Counted from the stretch's first letter, positions 49,410-59,543 are shown. The stretch: 64,000 nucleotides of DNA from Promethearchaeota archaeon (GCA_030599585.1 JAUVNS010000006.1:96001-160000); one strand, 5' to 3'. A program made the numbers and translations. The notes: generated from the sequence alone by a model not told the origin.

Positions 49410-51083
49410 TTAATAAGTCCCCAGACTCCATCCCTTAGGTTCTGAACGCGAGTATATGAGGACTCCCTCCATTCTCAATTTATCGATCTGTTTTTCAACG
49501 ACATCCCTCCCGTATCCCAACATCCCAATATCGTCAATTAATTTTTTTTTAGTAGAGACTAATTTGAACTTTTCTAAGTGAGTGATGATAATAGTTTTTA
49601 AATTTATCTCAGCTATAGTTTCTGAAGAGGGTGTATTTTCTATAACTTTTCCTTTTTTACCCTCCTGCTTCAAAGCATCAATTAACGCCCCTCCTTTTTG
49701 AGTAGGAATCTCTTGCTCTACCACAATGGGTTTTATCCTTTTCCCCTTTTTAACAAGAGCTTTAGCCGTACCACCTACTCCTATTTCATCTTCTGGCAAA
49801 GTCCAAACCGAATATGTTATCTTATCATAGGAATCAGGTTTTTCCGAAATCATTCGCTGAAATTCTTCTACAACACTATCAGTGAGATATCCTTTCTTCT
49901 CCAGTTCTGCTCCAATCCCCTCAATAATCCTATTATCTATTAAATATTTGAAAATATATTCTCTAATGTTAGTTGGGACGGTTTCGAATATTATTGGTTT
50001 CGGGTCTTTTGTATCTAGAGTCTGAGACTCCGGGATTTTTATGTTATACGGAATTTCTAAAGGAGGTTTTTCACCGCATTCAAGATCACTTATACACCTA
50101 ATACTCCTATCGTACCCCCCAAATAAGATGTTCGTTATACCATCATCAGGATTAACAATTGAAGAAACAATTTTAATAGAATTCGAGGCAGAAGTTTTCC
50201 ATTTCAACTCAATATCTAATGAATCCAAGTGAGGGTTATGGTATATGTAAAGCGATCCATCAGCACATCCAACTATTATCTCTTTAGCGTTATCTGCATC
50301 GATGTCAATTATTTTTAAAGAAATAGGTCGACTTTTTTCGATCTTAATAGATTTTATCTCTACGCCCTCAGTATTAAGCACTCTTATAAAAGAATCATCA
50401 GTTCCTATGATTATTTCATAATATCCATTATTTGTAACATCTCCAACCTCGATAGTATTAATTTGTGAATCAAAATCTTTTTGCCATACTATATCTGGTT
50501 TGTTCTCTTTAAATTGAATCAATTGAAGCATCCCATTTTTAGTCCCGACGAGTAAACCGTAAATCGGTATATCAACATCTGGAAGCTTTAAATAACCTAG
50601 CGTTATTGCTGTTACCCAGGAATCATAATATAATGTGAAAATAGGCTCAGTAGAATCAATATTTTCGAAAATTTTAAGGGTTTTATCTTCGCTTCCATGA
50701 ATCAGCTCTATATTATTATCTCTAGTAAAATCACCTGCAATAACGCTTAGTACTTTACCCTTTGACTTATAATTCATAATACCAGCTAGCTTGTTGATAC
50801 CTTTGACTAATTTAACAACCAAAAAATTGCCATCCCCAGCACCTACCAGAATCTCTTCGCAGCCATCTTGAGTTATATCTATAGGATAAGTAGTTCGGAC
50901 CCAACCATCGAAAGTAATGCTATCAAGAATGTTCAAATCTTGGTCCATGAGATATAATGTTTTGTCGTGGCCCCCAAAAACGATGTAAGTATTGTCTCCA
51001 CACTTCAGTGTTGAACAAGTAAGAACAGCATCAGGACATTCAAACATCCAGTTCAAATTAAATTGTTTTTTGAGTTTTGACAT
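49410..51083 (-). CDS. FG-GAP-like beta-propeller (BBS2/ITFG2-like) with C-terminal winged helix
   Basis: Blade repeats DITQDGCEEILVGAGDG, GDFTRDNNIELIHGSEDKTL, GDVTNNGYYEIIIGTDDS, DIDADNAKEIIVGCADG. The C-terminal ~60 aa have a wHTH pattern. No signal peptide. Confidence 0.6.
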   Translation of the reverse strand: MSKLKKQFNLNWMFECPDAVLTCSTLKCGDNTYIVFGGHDKTLYLMDQDLNILDSITFDGWVRTTYPIDITQDGCEEILVGAGDGNFLVVKLVKGINKLAGIMNYKSKGKVLSVIAGDFTRDNNIELIHGSEDKTLKIFENIDSTEPIFTLYYDSWVTAITLGYLKLPDVDIPIYGLLVGTKNGMLQLIQFKENKPDIVWQKDFDSQINTIEVGDVTNNGYYEIIIGTDDSFIRVLNTEGVEIKSIKIEKSRPISLKIIDIDADNAKEIIVGCADGSLYIYHNPHLDSLDIELKWKTSASNSIKIVSSIVNPDDGITNILFGGYDRSIRCISDLECGEKPPLEIPYNIKIPESQTLDTKDPKPIIFETVPTNIREYIFKYLIDNRIIEGIGAELEKKGYLTDSVVEEFQRMISEKPDSYDKITYSVWTLPEDEIGVGGTAKALVKKGKRIKPIVVEQEIPTQKGGALIDALKQEGKKGKVIENTPSSETIAEINLKTIIITHLEKFKLVSTKKKLIDDIGMLGYGRDVVEKQIDKLRMEGVLIYSRSEPKGWSLGTY

Positions 51084-51236
51084 GGTTCATTACACAAGAT
51101 ACTAAATAATATGATTCTATAATAATTGCAGAATGCTTATTCTTTAATTATAGTTATAGAAGTTCTTTTAAACTTATTAAATGAATATGAAAATTTAAAA
51201 ATAATATAAAAAAAAAATATTTATAATAAGTATTAA

Positions 51237-53429
51237 TTATAGTCCAAGTTGTGCATCGCTAGGAGAGTAAGCTCCAGTACCGCTAATTTTATAAGTGATC
51301 TCTATTTTTTCTTCAGCCATTAATTTGTCAATTGTCCACTTAAGCGTATCTTGTCCTACTTCGTCTGTGATCTCTGGTTTCATAGAGAAATCCGAATACT
51401 CGAAGCTATCGGGTACTTTGTCCATGAGAACTAATTTCTGTAAAGGCGCAGTCCCAATATTTTCAAGAGTTAAGATTATTTCATAGTTGCCCAATTTTCC
51501 AATTGGAAGGACTTCCTTTCCAATTCTAAAGCGTCGTCTCAGATGCAAGGCTTCTATTACAGGTACTTCTGGCTTAAACTCTAATTCTTGAGAAACTGGG
51601 AACGTGTTAGTAAAATAAGTTATCTCTGATTCAAACTTTGACTCTTGAGCGGGATTTATACAATGAATCGGGTATTGAAACTCTAAAGATGATTCCGGCA
51701 TAAATAAACCATTACTCGAGTTTCTGAGATCCTTCAGAGAAATTTTAAAAATATTTCCGTCAAAATTAACAGATCCCGAATCAAGATCAATTTCTTTTCG
51801 GTTCCATAATACTTTTATCTCATCAGCTTTAGGTGGTTGATATTCATCGTTGAAATATTGCTGAACAACGGTGATTTCGTTTAATGGGGCTGATCCATTA
51901 TTGACCATCTTCAATGTTGCAATAACATCTTTCTCTTTGTAGGTAGGAACTTGTTCTATATCGTAAGACATATCACCTGCTATACTTGCGATTTCTAATA
52001 TAACATCAGCAATGGAAGCAGTTCCTTTGACGATTGTTTGAAAATCAGGCATAACTCGAAATTCGAGCTTCTTCCTAAAAGCAGGATATTCTTCAGATTC
52101 AAATTTCCATTTCTTAGAATGCCATTGAGCCCCAGCTGGTAAATATGGGACATCTTTAGGATCTATGTCGACATATTTCACAGATTCATCCTCTGGAGAA
52201 TACACATCCGCATTAAATAATTGAATTATAAATTCTGAAGGATTTTCAAAAACGAGCTTGCAATCCCAAACACCTGGTTCTTCATCGCGTTCAACCGTAT
52301 CGACATAAAATTTGTTTCTAGTATAAGCGTCGTATTTATCGATGTCTAACCCTTCTGCAAAGGAAGATGATGCTTCATATGTTACATCGATTGTGCCTGT
52401 TTTCCTCTTTGTAATGTCTGTTACTAAGATACTGCAAGTAAATTTCAAGAGAACTGTTGTTTCAGGCATCAATTTCTCAATGTTCCAGACAATCTTATTA
52501 CCTTCAACTTCTGCTCGTCCTTCTGTTGTGTCTCTTACGACGGGATTACTAAAATCCCCAGGAATATGTTTCACAACTTTAACATTTTTAATTGCTTTTG
52601 CGAATAAATTTCTCATAGCAATAGCAAAGGTAACAGTATTTTCTTTGTCAATTGAAATTCCAAAGGCTTGTAGAGAAAATCCATCTGAGGCGGTTCCGCC
52701 ATCTTCAAAAGTTTCATCTTCTTCATCCTCTTCTTCTTCTTCCCCTTCTTCTTCTTCCTCTTCTTCCTCTTCTTCTTCCTCTACAGGAGCAATTCGTTCT
52801 TTTACTTTAGCGCCTGCCTTACTAGTTTTATCTTTCGCTTTAAGGAGGTTAGTTTCAATATCCCTTAGATTTAAAACATTATCGGCATCAGGAAGAGTGT
52901 TAACATACTCTTGAACAAGGAGCAAATTTTTGATTTCTTCCTTAATAACAAAATCTTCAGTATAAGCATTTGTATCTTTATCAGTTCCGAGCTCTCTGAT
53001 TTTAATATCTTTTGATTTTAAACTTGTACTATCAATATTTTTGAGGGAAAGATCAATATCCCATAACCGATCTTTCTTTGATTGATTTTCCACGCTTAAC
53101 TGGCCTTTAAAGTTAATAGATTCTATGTTAGAGTCGTGATCTAACTCTACGTCAACATTTTCAATAATTTTCACCAGTCCCGTTACTCCTTCTCTATTGC
53201 CGTCTTTTAGTAAAATTGATCCTTCTAATTCACCCGTATTTGCATCATATGTCTCAATCACAGGAGTAGAAATATCTCTATCGACTAGCATAACTTTGCC
53301 GCTATCTAAATCGGACCTTTTTAGACCTTCGGCTAATTTTTCTTCAGCAGCTTCTTCAGCAGCCCAACCATAACTTGGTTTAGGTTGTGCTCTTGCTCTA
53401 GGTTCTTTTTCTTTTTTCTTACGTGCCAT
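51237..53429 (-). CDS. Cytoplasmic multi-Ig beta-sandwich protein (mu-homology-domain/DUF11-like) with poly-Glu tract
   Basis: IIENVDVELDHDSNIESINFKGQLSVEN and NVKVVKHIPGDF...TTEGRAEVEGNKIVWNIEKL resemble adaptin mu/delta-COP MHD segments. The C-terminal domain is DUF11-like. No signal peptide or TM. Confidence 0.55.
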   Translation of the reverse strand: MARKKKEKEPRARAQPKPSYGWAAEEAAEEKLAEGLKRSDLDSGKVMLVDRDISTPVIETYDANTGELEGSILLKDGNREGVTGLVKIIENVDVELDHDSNIESINFKGQLSVENQSKKDRLWDIDLSLKNIDSTSLKSKDIKIRELGTDKDTNAYTEDFVIKEEIKNLLLVQEYVNTLPDADNVLNLRDIETNLLKAKDKTSKAGAKVKERIAPVEEEEEEEEEEEEGEEEEEDEEDETFEDGGTASDGFSLQAFGISIDKENTVTFAIAMRNLFAKAIKNVKVVKHIPGDFSNPVVRDTTEGRAEVEGNKIVWNIEKLMPETTVLLKFTCSILVTDITKRKTGTIDVTYEASSSFAEGLDIDKYDAYTRNKFYVDTVERDEEPGVWDCKLVFENPSEFIIQLFNADVYSPEDESVKYVDIDPKDVPYLPAGAQWHSKKWKFESEEYPAFRKKLEFRVMPDFQTIVKGTASIADVILEIASIAGDMSYDIEQVPTYKEKDVIATLKMVNNGSAPLNEITVVQQYFNDEYQPPKADEIKVLWNRKEIDLDSGSVNFDGNIFKISLKDLRNSSNGLFMPESSLEFQYPIHCINPAQESKFESEITYFTNTFPVSQELEFKPEVPVIEALHLRRRFRIGKEVLPIGKLGNYEIILTLENIGTAPLQKLVLMDKVPDSFEYSDFSMKPEITDEVGQDTLKWTIDKLMAEEKIEITYKISGTGAYSPSDAQLGL
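52714..52781 (-). repeat. GAA/GAG-rich low-complexity tract encoding poly-Glu/Asp
   Basis: tcttcttcctcttct... run encoding EEEEEEEEEEEEGEEEEEDEEDE. Confidence 0.85.
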
Positions 53430-53583
53430 GGTAGTTTACCATTTTTTACATTTTCGTAAATATCCCATAACTTAATATCTATGGATTAATAATTATGTAA
53501 TCGTGATAGTTAAAAAAGATTTATCAACTAAATCTTAGATCTAAAAAAATATTAGCTGGTTCAACTTTTTTTTCATGCTAGAG

Positions 53584-53760
53584 TTAGATAGTGAAATCGT
53601 CAAACTTAGGAGGCATTTCGTTAGGGTTTTTAAAAATAAATCTACACATAGGGCATGTTAATCTCTTTTTCTTCGCCCCAATATCAGGTTTTTTGAAGGA
53701 ATAGCCGCACGCGGGGCATATTATAATAAAGTTGGAGTCTATATTCATCACTATCTTCAT
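53584..53760 (-). CDS. 58-aa CPxCG-type zinc-ribbon microprotein (missed by the ORF track)
   Basis: Manual translation MKIVMNIDSNFIIICPACGYSFKKPDIGAKKKRLTCPMCRFIFKNPNEMPPKFDDFTI*, with CPAC and CPMC knuckles. Confidence 0.75.
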   Translation of the reverse strand: MKIVMNIDSNFIIICPACGYSFKKPDIGAKKKRLTCPMCRFIFKNPNEMPPKFDDFTI

Positions 53761-53801
53761 ATTTATTATAGTATAAAACTATTATTGTTCTACAATACAC
53801 A

Positions 53802-55229
53802 TTAAACATTGAACTCAACTAGGATCAATATAATGTCATTTACATTTATACCGGTAGGACCTGTGATAATCTCTCCATTTATTAAGTTAAAAAAGGCATT
53901 AGAGTTATTGCTGCTTAGATAATTCTCAATGCTAACATTATTCTTAGCAGTTTCCATTAATAAACTATTATCAACGATTGCACCTATAGCCTTACTATTT
54001 CCTTCAATCCCATCGAGATTGCATCCTAATACAAAGAACTTATAATCAATTTTTTCGTTTTTTATAGTATTGAGGAAATTTAAAAGCATTTCTTGGTTCC
54101 TTCCACCAATTCCTTTCCCTCGTAATGTTACAGTAAGTTCTCCAGTTCCGATCATTGCTATCCTGGATTTTTCAGGCTCTTTCGGGCATTTCTTAAGTTT
54201 TTCTGTTATCAAATAGAAAAGATGTTTTCCAAAATCTGCTGCTTCTCCCGAAATTTCGTCTGAAAAATAATCAATCTCAAATTTGTGCTTCCTTAGATAA
54301 TTAGATACCTTTTCCACGCTTATTTCGATGCTTCCTATTAGATATGTATGAGTGTTTTCGAAGACAGGATCGTTCCTTGATGGGTTTTCTAAGCGTGGAT
54401 TTTTTACGCCTTCCATTATAACCTTTTTAATAGACATAGGAATCCTATCAAGCAAATTATATTTCAATAAAACCTTATACGCGTCGTTGAAGGATGTTAA
54501 GTCAGGCACGGTAGGACCTGACGCAATTGAATCTAATTTATTCCCTACAACATCAGAAATCATAAGTGTTAGTGTAGTTGCCTTACTACTTTCATAGATT
54601 TTTTTTGCGAGGTTGCCTCCCTTAAAGTCAGAGATATGTTTTCGAATGGTGTTAATTTCGTGAATTGACGCGCCCGAGGCTAATAAAAACGAGTTAGTTT
54701 TTTGAATGTCTGTGAGATTTATATTTTTTTTGGGTAGTGGGAGTAAGGCAGAGCCACCTCCGGAAAATAAGCAAATAATTAAGTCTTTTTTATTTGTCCC
54801 TTCAACAAGTTCTAACATCTTATTAACACCGTTTAACCCGGCTTCATTTGGTATAGGATGAGATGCCAAATTCATTTTTATATTCTTTGTTGAGTTAAGA
54901 AATTTAAATTCTTGATCCTCAGGGATGTTTAAAAATCCCTCATATTCAATATTGGAGGATGTTTTTAGTAATTCATCTAATGCAATAGCCATTTGAGCGG
55001 TTGCCTTTCCACCCCCAATGATTAAAATTCTCTCAAATTTCTTAAGGTCGTATTTATCATCTTTGATCACGAGGATTTCATCGGAAATCGTTATAGCATT
55101 TCTAATTAATTTTCTAGGCTCGACTGAACTGATTGCAATTTCTAATGACTTCAGCCCTATTTTTCTTAACTCTAAGGAATTTCTATTTAGGTTCTCTGAA
55201 ATTAATTGCGAATAATTTTGTATATACAT
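53802..55229 (-). CDS. Glycerate 2-kinase (DUF4147 + MOFRL family)
   Basis: GGGKA, SHPIP, SGGGSAL, INTIRKHIS..KGG, ISDVVG...IASGPT, GGRNQE, TGPTGINVND. Confidence 0.9.
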   Translation of the reverse strand: MYIQNYSQLISENLNRNSLELRKIGLKSLEIAISSVEPRKLIRNAITISDEILVIKDDKYDLKKFERILIIGGGKATAQMAIALDELLKTSSNIEYEGFLNIPEDQEFKFLNSTKNIKMNLASHPIPNEAGLNGVNKMLELVEGTNKKDLIICLFSGGGSALLPLPKKNINLTDIQKTNSFLLASGASIHEINTIRKHISDFKGGNLAKKIYESSKATTLTLMISDVVGNKLDSIASGPTVPDLTSFNDAYKVLLKYNLLDRIPMSIKKVIMEGVKNPRLENPSRNDPVFENTHTYLIGSIEISVEKVSNYLRKHKFEIDYFSDEISGEAADFGKHLFYLITEKLKKCPKEPEKSRIAMIGTGELTVTLRGKGIGGRNQEMLLNFLNTIKNEKIDYKFFVLGCNLDGIEGNSKAIGAIVDNSLLMETAKNNVSIENYLSSNNSNAFFNLINGEIITGPTGINVNDIILILVEFNV

Positions 55230-55363
55230 TTACATCAACAATCTTCAAGAAAAAAATTAATTATACTTCTCGAGATATTTAATTAAATTAAAATTAATAT
55301 TGTATGTATACTCTATCTCAGTAAGATAAGTATTTATATTACAATTAAAGATACCGAAAGAAA

Positions 55364-56854
55364 ATGACAGACTCAGAAGTGTATGATATTGCAGTAATTG
55401 GTTCTGGACCAGGAGGATACCATTCTGCTATTAGAGCAGCTCAATTTGGTGCTAAAGTTGCCTTGATTGAGAAAAATAAGTTAGGAGGTACGTGCTTAAA
55501 TTTAGGTTGCATACCAGCAAAAGCGCTCTACGCATCTGCAGAGTTTATCCAAAAACTTAGAGAAAATGGAGAGGATCACGGAATTCTAGGTGATTTTAAG
55601 TTAGATTTCAGTAAAGCCGTTGATCGTAAAAATCGGGTTGTTAAAGAATTAACGGATGGAATTGCGACATTAGAAAAAGCATGGAAAAACGATGTTTATA
55701 TGGGACATGGTAAGATTTTAAATGGAAACGCAAACAAAGGATTTGAAATCTCGATTGAAGGGGACGATAATAAAAAAATTAAAGCTAAAAGGGTAATAAT
55801 TGCTACAGGTTCAACTCCAGTGTTAATTCCTGTGTTTAATATTGACCACGATAGAATATTAACTACTGACGATGTCTTACACCCTAATTTTAAAACTTTG
55901 CCAAAAAAATTGCTAATTATTGGAGCTGGAGTAGCGGGGGTTGAGTTTGCTAATATATTTGCTAGTTTTGGAAGTAAAGTTACAATGCTGGAATACCTTC
56001 CCTCTCCAATTGCAACTGAAGAGCCTATGGTAGTGAAAGAAATACAAAAGAAGTTTACTAATCTTGGTATTGAAATACTTGTATCACAAAATGTATTATC
56101 CATCGTAAACACAGGATCAGGCGTGAAAGCAACAATAATTTCAGCTGATGTTCCAAAAGAGCAGATTGAAATGGCTGAAAAATCCCATGTTGAAGCGGAT
56201 TACTGTCTGGTTACAATTGGCCGAGCAAAAGAATCTAGAAATTTAGGATTAGAGGATTTAAAAATAGAAGCCCCACGCGGAGCAATTCAAGTAGATTCTA
56301 AGTCGTTAGAAACTTCTGTAAAAGGAATATTTGCAATCGGTGATGTTACAGGTGGATTAATGCTTGCTCATGTTGCTAGGCATGAAGGTGATGTTGCTGT
56401 GGCAAATGCGTTAGCAAGCCTAGACGGATTCCAAGTTAAAGAAAAAGTTACTAATTATCGAATAATTCCTGCGACTATTTTCACGAGCCCAAACATAGGA
56501 TCAGTAGGACTAAGGAGAAAAAATGCAAAAAATGCGGGATATGATTTACTTATGGGAAGATTCCCATATGAGTCGTTAGGTAAGGCGAAGTGCATAGGAG
56601 AAGAGGATGGATTCATACTAATTATCGCTGATAAAAAAACTAACAAAATACTCGGTGCCTCGTGTATTGGTGCTGAAGCGCCTGAATTAATATCAGAGAT
56701 TTCTTTAGCCATGCAGCATGGATTAACTGTTCATGATGTTTCTACTACAATACATAGCCATCCAACAATTTCTGAAATGGTTTTAGAAGGGATGGAAGAT
56801 GTATATGGCATGGCTATTCATAAAAAAGGAAGACCTATACATCCAAACGATTAA
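55364..56854 (+). CDS. lpdA: Dihydrolipoyl dehydrogenase
   Basis: GSGPGG, GGTCLNLGCIP, IATGS, AIGDV...LAHVA, HSHPTISE. Confidence 0.92.
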   Translation: MTDSEVYDIAVIGSGPGGYHSAIRAAQFGAKVALIEKNKLGGTCLNLGCIPAKALYASAEFIQKLRENGEDHGILGDFKLDFSKAVDRKNRVVKELTDGIATLEKAWKNDVYMGHGKILNGNANKGFEISIEGDDNKKIKAKRVIIATGSTPVLIPVFNIDHDRILTTDDVLHPNFKTLPKKLLIIGAGVAGVEFANIFASFGSKVTMLEYLPSPIATEEPMVVKEIQKKFTNLGIEILVSQNVLSIVNTGSGVKATIISADVPKEQIEMAEKSHVEADYCLVTIGRAKESRNLGLEDLKIEAPRGAIQVDSKSLETSVKGIFAIGDVTGGLMLAHVARHEGDVAVANALASLDGFQVKEKVTNYRIIPATIFTSPNIGSVGLRRKNAKNAGYDLLMGRFPYESLGKAKCIGEEDGFILIIADKKTNKILGASCIGAEAPELISEISLAMQHGLTVHDVSTTIHSHPTISEMVLEGMEDVYGMAIHKKGRPIHPND

Positions 56855-56874
56855 TTTATTCAAACTCCAACTTG

Positions 56875-58959
56875 TTATCGTTTTACAAGCTTAACCTGAA
56901 AAGAAGTTAATTTTCCTTCCTCGATTATGATCTCTCGATAAGCCCCGGTTAAACCAGGTCTGAAGTAGCTCCCTAATCCTAAAGCGGGAGTTTGAACGAC
57001 ATACGGTGCGTTGGTTTCAATTTCGTTTTGATTTTGTAGTCTATCAGAATAATAATCGTAGTAAACAGCTGCGGGATTATCTAATTTTTTTAGTTTAACT
57101 GGAATGGTTGTCATAGGATTAATAGATTTCTGTTGAGGATTACTCAACCTAAACTCTCTTAATTGATGAGTATGCCCTGAAAGAGTAAGGACACAATAAT
57201 CGAGGCAAAATTTAATCATTTTTGACCAATTGGAAGAGATTGTTCCAAATTTTAAGTCAAACTTATCATTAATTCGAATTGCAGAAGGACGCTTCCCCAA
57301 TTTTTCCATAATAGATTCTTTAAATTCTTCGAGAGAAGGCAATTTATCTTTTGAGGGTCGTGAAAGAGAAAATCGTTTACTCATGGTTTTTTTAGGATTA
57401 ATTGGAGGCCCATGAACCATAAGAAATGTATTGTACCCCGGTTTAATGGTTTTATTTATTAAGTCCTCTAAATATCTTATTTGTTTGTTGGTAACTCCAG
57501 TTACGGAGGGGTGTCCACTAACAAAGTCTATAATGTTTTTAAAAGAATCGGAACCAGAGTTTAGAAAAACGAAAATATTCTCTCCAAGTTTGAGAGAAAA
57601 ATCTAATGACGAATTGATTTCTATTAAATAGGCTTTTAAAGCCCTGAAATTTTTCGTAATAGAGCTAATGGGATTTGCCATTAACTCGTCGTTCAAAGCT
57701 ATCGCTTCGTTAGCATTCAATCCTATTTTTTTGTACAAATTACCCCAACGAAGATCATAATGATATGGACGAAAATCATGGTTTCCTGGGATCGTAAAAA
57801 TGGGACAGAGTATTTCTTCTCCAGAAACCATCCCCCTTCTCATCTTTTGAGGATGGTTTAACAAGATTTCTTTAAAAATCCGCCAATTACTAAATTCGTA
57901 ATTAAAGTCTAAAGTCTTCCGTTTCTCTTTATTAATTTTTGAAAGAATAGAAAAATCGATGATATCTCCCGTTAACACTACAAAATCTAATTCGTTGTGA
58001 TTCACGCTCTGATTTGCGAGCTTGATAAAGTTTCTAAAATTATTATTGGGATTAATATACCGTTTATGTAGCGGTTTGGTTGTCTCAACTTTTCCCTCTG
58101 TTCTTTTCATTAACAACCTCTGAAAATAAGAGACTGCTTTAACACTTTGAGCAACGATTTCGCCAACTTCTGATTTTCTAATTGACTTTTGCCATTTTTT
58201 AACAATCTCATAGATTCTATCGTTTCTCTCTGCTAAATGTAAATCTGTAGCATGTAAAAATTTGAAATTGGTCCACTTATTTTTAGAAATTACAATCGAG
58301 TGATAGTTAATCCGATCACCTTTATTCAGATTTTGCTGGAGAATATCAAACATTACGAAGTTAAAACTGTTTAAAAATTCTATAACCTCATCTGTCAGCC
58401 TAAAGGAAATTGTAGCTGAGTAGAATTTATTTAAGCTCCCAAAAATCTCATGTTTGATTAAATAATTTTGAGGACTAAGATAATCGTCATAATCGGGATT
58501 ATCGATCTCACACTCATATACATTTTGAACATTTAAAACTGTACAGTCTATTATATCCCCCCGAAAAGCCCGTGGTTTTAACTTTTCTAACTTTTCCCTT
58601 TGGACAATATCAAACGTAGCACCATTTGAGTCAGTGAATTCCTTGATTGCTTGCGTCTCCTGTCTGCTTTTCTTACTTCTGACAAAAAACCTTTTTAATT
58701 TAGCCCATATCCCCTTTTTTTTTGTTTTTTCAAGTAATTTCGTTAATTTCCACTTGTATTCGAGAATTGGAACGAGTTTAAGGTTCTTTCTTAAAAAACC
58801 CTCAAAATTAGTTAAATTCGGAATATTACTCGCAAATAAAAGTTTGACTTCGAATTCTTTCTGCCTTAATTTACTATCTATACTAATATATAGAGGATGA
58901 CCTAAATTGGGGCTGACTACCAATGAATTTCTTCGCTTGAGATATTCTGGTTCAATCAT
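56875..58959 (-). CDS. Calcineurin-like metallophosphoesterase with N-terminal extension
   Basis: TDLH, TGDIID, PGNHD, VHGPP, SGHTH. Confidence 0.85.
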   Translation of the reverse strand: MIEPEYLKRRNSLVVSPNLGHPLYISIDSKLRQKEFEVKLLFASNIPNLTNFEGFLRKNLKLVPILEYKWKLTKLLEKTKKKGIWAKLKRFFVRSKKSRQETQAIKEFTDSNGATFDIVQREKLEKLKPRAFRGDIIDCTVLNVQNVYECEIDNPDYDDYLSPQNYLIKHEIFGSLNKFYSATISFRLTDEVIEFLNSFNFVMFDILQQNLNKGDRINYHSIVISKNKWTNFKFLHATDLHLAERNDRIYEIVKKWQKSIRKSEVGEIVAQSVKAVSYFQRLLMKRTEGKVETTKPLHKRYINPNNNFRNFIKLANQSVNHNELDFVVLTGDIIDFSILSKINKEKRKTLDFNYEFSNWRIFKEILLNHPQKMRRGMVSGEEILCPIFTIPGNHDFRPYHYDLRWGNLYKKIGLNANEAIALNDELMANPISSITKNFRALKAYLIEINSSLDFSLKLGENIFVFLNSGSDSFKNIIDFVSGHPSVTGVTNKQIRYLEDLINKTIKPGYNTFLMVHGPPINPKKTMSKRFSLSRPSKDKLPSLEEFKESIMEKLGKRPSAIRINDKFDLKFGTISSNWSKMIKFCLDYCVLTLSGHTHQLREFRLSNPQQKSINPMTTIPVKLKKLDNPAAVYYDYYSDRLQNQNEIETNAPYVVQTPALGLGSYFRPGLTGAYREIIIEEGKLTSFQVKLVKR

Positions 58960-59143
58960 GTATTAGATCTCTTTTTAAATAACTAAATCAATCAAAATTA
59001 ATATTAGGTGTCTCACTTATTGAAAAAGACTTTAACTTTTATATGTTTTTTACCTAATCTAAATGAAAGTAACGATCATTTAAGATTTTTAATTTCAATC
59101 CGAAAACCCAATGGAACAAAGACTAGAAACTTTTTAAACTAAC

Positions 59144-59419
59144 TTACTTAGCAAGATTTAAAAAGATGACATTGTCTCCACGTAGCACGATATTGCCAAG
59201 AGATTCATGTTCTTCTTTAATATTTCCATCTTCATCTTGATATTCAAATAGCTGTGATGCGTCTTCAATGTAAAGATTTAGATGTTCGTCAAACGAGCGT
59301 AAAATTGCTCTGAAGAGACGATTTCTCTTGACTTTTATCAATATGACTTTATCGATCGAATTTTTTAAATAATCTATAGGTCTGGCTGGTCTACCTTGTT
59401 GATAACTTCTCTTGTCCAT
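59144..59419 (-). CDS. Sm/Lsm-family RNA-binding protein
   Basis: RPIDYL, SFDEHLNL (Sm1), IVLRGDNV (Sm2). Confidence 0.92.
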   Translation of the reverse strand: MDKRSYQQGRPARPIDYLKNSIDKVILIKVKRNRLFRAILRSFDEHLNLYIEDASQLFEYQDEDGNIKEEHESLGNIVLRGDNVIFLNLAK

Positions 59420-59543
59420 GTTAATTAACTCTAAGAAAAAAATATTTCAAAATAATCTATTATAATATGTAAAATTACCGTAGAAAATTAAAACCTTTTG
59501 CTTTATGTTTCCTTTTACGGTTAAAAAGATCACACTATTATCT

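Noticed and set aside
52342-52914. 190-aa + strand ORF with poly-Ser
   Set aside because: Antisense shadow of the poly-Glu-containing gene at 51237-53429.
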